DNA of 64,000 bases from an uncultured candidate division Zixibacteria bacterium (GTDB lineage Bacteria; Zixibacteria; MSB-5A5; GN15; FEB-12): NCBI GenBank assembly GCA_963735035.1, contig CAVTJJ010000003.1, forward strand, positions 32,001-96,000, read 5' to 3'. The notes beneath the pieces were generated by a model. It had not been told where the DNA came from and ran no database searches. It worked only from the letters and a program-made list of their open reading frames with translations. Positions 61,623-64,000 of the stretch are shown here, piece after piece; within the stretch, counting starts at the first letter, position 1; each line of letters starts with the position of its first letter. The position numbers and the translations under genes are program-made.

Positions 61623-61668
61623 TGTCGGGTTGCGCGCTCAACTAGTCCATGCGCGTAACCCGACCTAC
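61623..61668 (-). repeat. RAYT-cognate REP upstream of the transposase
   Basis: GTAGGTCGGGTTACGCGC..GCGCGCAACCCGACA, near-identical to 60979-61024. Confidence 0.9.
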
Positions 61669-61743
61669 TAGTCCTGACAATACAAAACGGGCAGAGCCAA
61701 GATATGGTCTGCCCGTCTGAACACTATCACTTTTTCGCGATTT

Positions 61744-62631
61744 CTACCGCGTTTGCAACTGTTGCTCTGCCGGTATCGCGGCCGCGGCCTCGCCCTTCAT
61801 CGCCTCGCCCAATCCATGTGAGTACTCCGCGATGATTGCGAAATCTTTCCAATGAGTCGTCGCCGACACAATCGCTTTCGCGCGCTTCTCCGGATCGGAT
61901 GATTTGAAAATGCCCGAGCCGACAAACACCGCCTCGGCTCCCAGATGCATACACAACGCCGCGTCGGCCGGTGTGGCGATCCCGCCCGCGGCGAAATTCG
62001 GCACCGGCAATTTGCCGGTCTGCGCCACCAGCTTCACGAGCTCCAGCGGCACGCGGAATTCTTTGGCCACGCCGTAGTGTTCTTCAGGCGTCATCACCGT
62101 CAACGATTTCATCACCGAGACGATTTCGCGCAGATGTTTCACCGCCTGGGAAACGTCGCCGGTCCCCGCCTCGCCCTTGGTGCGGATCATAGCCGCGCCT
62201 TCGGAGATGCGCCGAAGCGCCTCGCCCAAATTGCGACAGCCGCAGACAAACGGCACTTTGAACGGCCATTTATCAACGTGGTATTTTTCGTCGGCCGGCG
62301 TGAGCACTTCGGATTCATCGATGAAATCGATTTCAATCGATTCGAGCACGCGCGCTTCGATGAAATGTCCTATGCGGCACTTGGCCATGACAGGGATTGT
62401 CACGACGCGCTTGATGTTTTCGATTACGTCCAGGTCGGCCATGCGGGCAACCCCGCCTTCGGCGCGGATATCCGACGGCACCCGTTCGAGCGCCATTACC
62501 GCGGTGGCCCCGGCAGCCTCGGCGATCTTCGCCTGCTCGGCGGTGGTGACGTCCATGATGACGCCGCCCTTGAGCATTTCCGCCAGACCGATCTTGACCT
62601 TGTGAGCTTTATCTTCAAATTGCTTCATCAT
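61744..62631 (-). CDS. pdxS: pyridoxal 5'-phosphate synthase lyase subunit
   Basis: [53 protein letters not shown]. Confidence 0.98.
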   Translation of the reverse strand: MMKQFEDKAHKVKIGLAEMLKGGVIMDVTTAEQAKIAEAAGATAVMALERVPSDIRAEGGVARMADLDVIENIKRVVTIPVMAKCRIGHFIEARVLESIEIDFIDESEVLTPADEKYHVDKWPFKVPFVCGCRNLGEALRRISEGAAMIRTKGEAGTGDVSQAVKHLREIVSVMKSLTVMTPEEHYGVAKEFRVPLELVKLVAQTGKLPVPNFAAGGIATPADAALCMHLGAEAVFVGSGIFKSSDPEKRAKAIVSATTHWKDFAIIAEYSHGLGEAMKGEAAAAIPAEQQLQTR

Positions 62632-62743
62632 TGTCTCTTCTCCTGCTTAACCAACCCGACATATAATATAACACATCTGGACCAAATCATACAACGTCAA
62701 TCCGAAATACGCAGCCCACGTTCTTGGGTTGTCACAGATACAG

Positions 62744-62776
62744 AAACGCGACCCGCACCGGTGGGCGGGTCGCGCG
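62744..62776 (-). terminator. probable terminator after the Rrf2 gene
   Basis: CGCGACCCGC-loop-GCGGGTCGCG followed by TTTCTGT on the minus strand. Confidence 0.55.
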
Positions 62777-62807
62777 GATTGTCTCAGATGCAATCGCCAA
62801 TGCAATC

Positions 62808-63215
62808 TTAGTGAAGCTTGCGATAGCGAGAGAAATTGTGCTTGGAGAGCGCCTTCTTGAACGCCTTCTCCTGCACCAGCCAGAACTCGCGCATCGAGCA
62901 CGTCTGGGCGCGGTCGCACGGGCAGGTTTCCATCTCGGTACAGAGATTGATATGAAGCGGACCTTCGATCGCTTCGATAACATCCAGGAAAGAAATGTCT
63001 TTCGGGGTGTTCGTCAGCCGATAACCGCCGGTCACTCCCTGAAACGACACCAGAATTCCGCTACGGGTCAGGTCCTTGAGAATCTTCGCAAGGAATTCGC
63101 GGGGAATACGCTCGGCGGCAGCGATTGAGTTGATGGAACCGAGTTTGGCCTTCGGCAACGTAGACAGATGCCTTACCGCTCTGAGTGCGTAGTCGGCCTT
63201 GCGTGATAGCTGCAT
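62808..63215 (-). CDS. Rrf2 family transcriptional regulator (Cys-containing)
   Basis: KADYALRA, FLAKILKDL, GVTGGYRL, DVIEAIEG, C-terminal Cys cluster. Confidence 0.93.
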   Translation of the reverse strand: MQLSRKADYALRAVRHLSTLPKAKLGSINSIAAAERIPREFLAKILKDLTRSGILVSFQGVTGGYRLTNTPKDISFLDVIEAIEGPLHINLCTEMETCPCDRAQTCSMREFWLVQEKAFKKALSKHNFSRYRKLH

Positions 63216-63566
63216 GTGTTTCTCCTTAATCCAGTTTCAGCCGTCTCCTATCGACGGGTCGGGGCTATTGTGGCATTGTTGCCCCGCGCTTCCATAATAG
63301 AGTACGCGACAATAGTAAAAAAGATTGAAAAAGTCCATCAAAATATTTGCCAAAAGGTCTTTAATGTCCGCAATCGGGACACTTTCATGGACCTATTAAA
63401 CCAGCCTAGAAACATCTCTCTAACCCTGATACTAACAAAGGGTTAATCCGTGCCCAATTCCGCTCACAAAATCAAGAACAACCGTCAGGGGCCTGTTGTT
63501 ACATTTTCTTGAAGGACAGAAAAACTGTCGAACAAACATGGACCAAAATTGGAGATTTGTAGTAAT

Positions 63567-63926
63567 ATGTTGCAACAGAATCAATTACCGCCAGTCGAAA
63601 CCTTGATAACCGTCACCCCGGCGGCTATCGACGAAGCCAAGCGGCTCATGGCTATGGAGAAAAGAGACGGTCTATTCCTACGTCTGGGGGTTTCCTCAGG
63701 CGGCTGCTCAGGCATGTCATACTCGATGTCTTTTGACGACCAGCCTTCGGAGCTGGATCGGGAGTTCGAGTTCGACGGCCTGAAGGTACGAGTCGATTTG
63801 AAGGCCCTTATGTACCTGAAAGGGTGCACGGTCGATTTCAAGAACGGCCTGATGGGCGGCGGTTTCAAGTTCGTCAACCCGAGCGCCAAGCGCTCGTGCA
63901 GTTGCGGCTCGTCATTTACCTGCTAA
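63567..63926 (+). CDS. iron-sulfur cluster assembly accessory protein (HesB/IscA family)
   Basis: GGCSGMSY, FKFVNP, CSCGSSF. Confidence 0.95.
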   Translation: MLQQNQLPPVETLITVTPAAIDEAKRLMAMEKRDGLFLRLGVSSGGCSGMSYSMSFDDQPSELDREFEFDGLKVRVDLKALMYLKGCTVDFKNGLMGGGFKFVNPSAKRSCSCGSSFTC

Positions 63927-64000
63927 GCGGGTGATGTCGCGGTGGACTACAACGTCATTGAACCGAACCAGTTCCTCAAGACGGAAATGTTCCGCCAGGA

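Noticed and set aside
63942..64000. possible CDS start (VDYNVIEPNQFLKTEMFRQ) running off the window
   Set aside because: Too short to identify or support.

Overview
About 57% GC bacterial chromosomal window. The FlgD/T9SS-type C-terminal domains, the C25 peptidase and the PorZ-like protein suggest an FCB-related lineage such as candidate Zixibacteria (inference only). Left part: rpmB, an orphan minimal flagellin behind a sigma54-type promoter, and a dcw cluster (mraZ-rsmH-ftsL-ftsI-murE-murF-mraY-murD-ftsW-murG-murC-ftsQ-ftsA-ftsZ). Next is a gingipain-like C25 peptidase converging with a tightly coupled lnt-porZ-like-GNAT-GT4-GT4-GT2 operon. The rest mixes housekeeping genes (apgM, purM, maeB, rhomboid, M23, SurA/PpiD-like, kimA with a clear c-di-AMP riboswitch, two APC permeases, ETF-QO, ispH, lipA, pdxT, pdxS, Rrf2, iscA) with single accessory genes (AbiC-like, FRG, lipoprotein, WYL regulator plus glycosyltransferase, DUF5131). 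The most striking non-coding signal is a dense, diverse, partly nested set of REP-like palindromes (GTAG/GTGG/GTGC/CGTC-tagged). They bracket most accessory genes, and a REP-associated Y1 tyrosine transposase (RAYT) sits inside its own REP pair between pdxS and pdxT. Several genes (ftsI, murE, lnt, apgM, one permease, pdxT) carry frameshifts that most likely reflect sequencing/assembly indels. No CRISPR array, rRNA or complete tRNA was seen.
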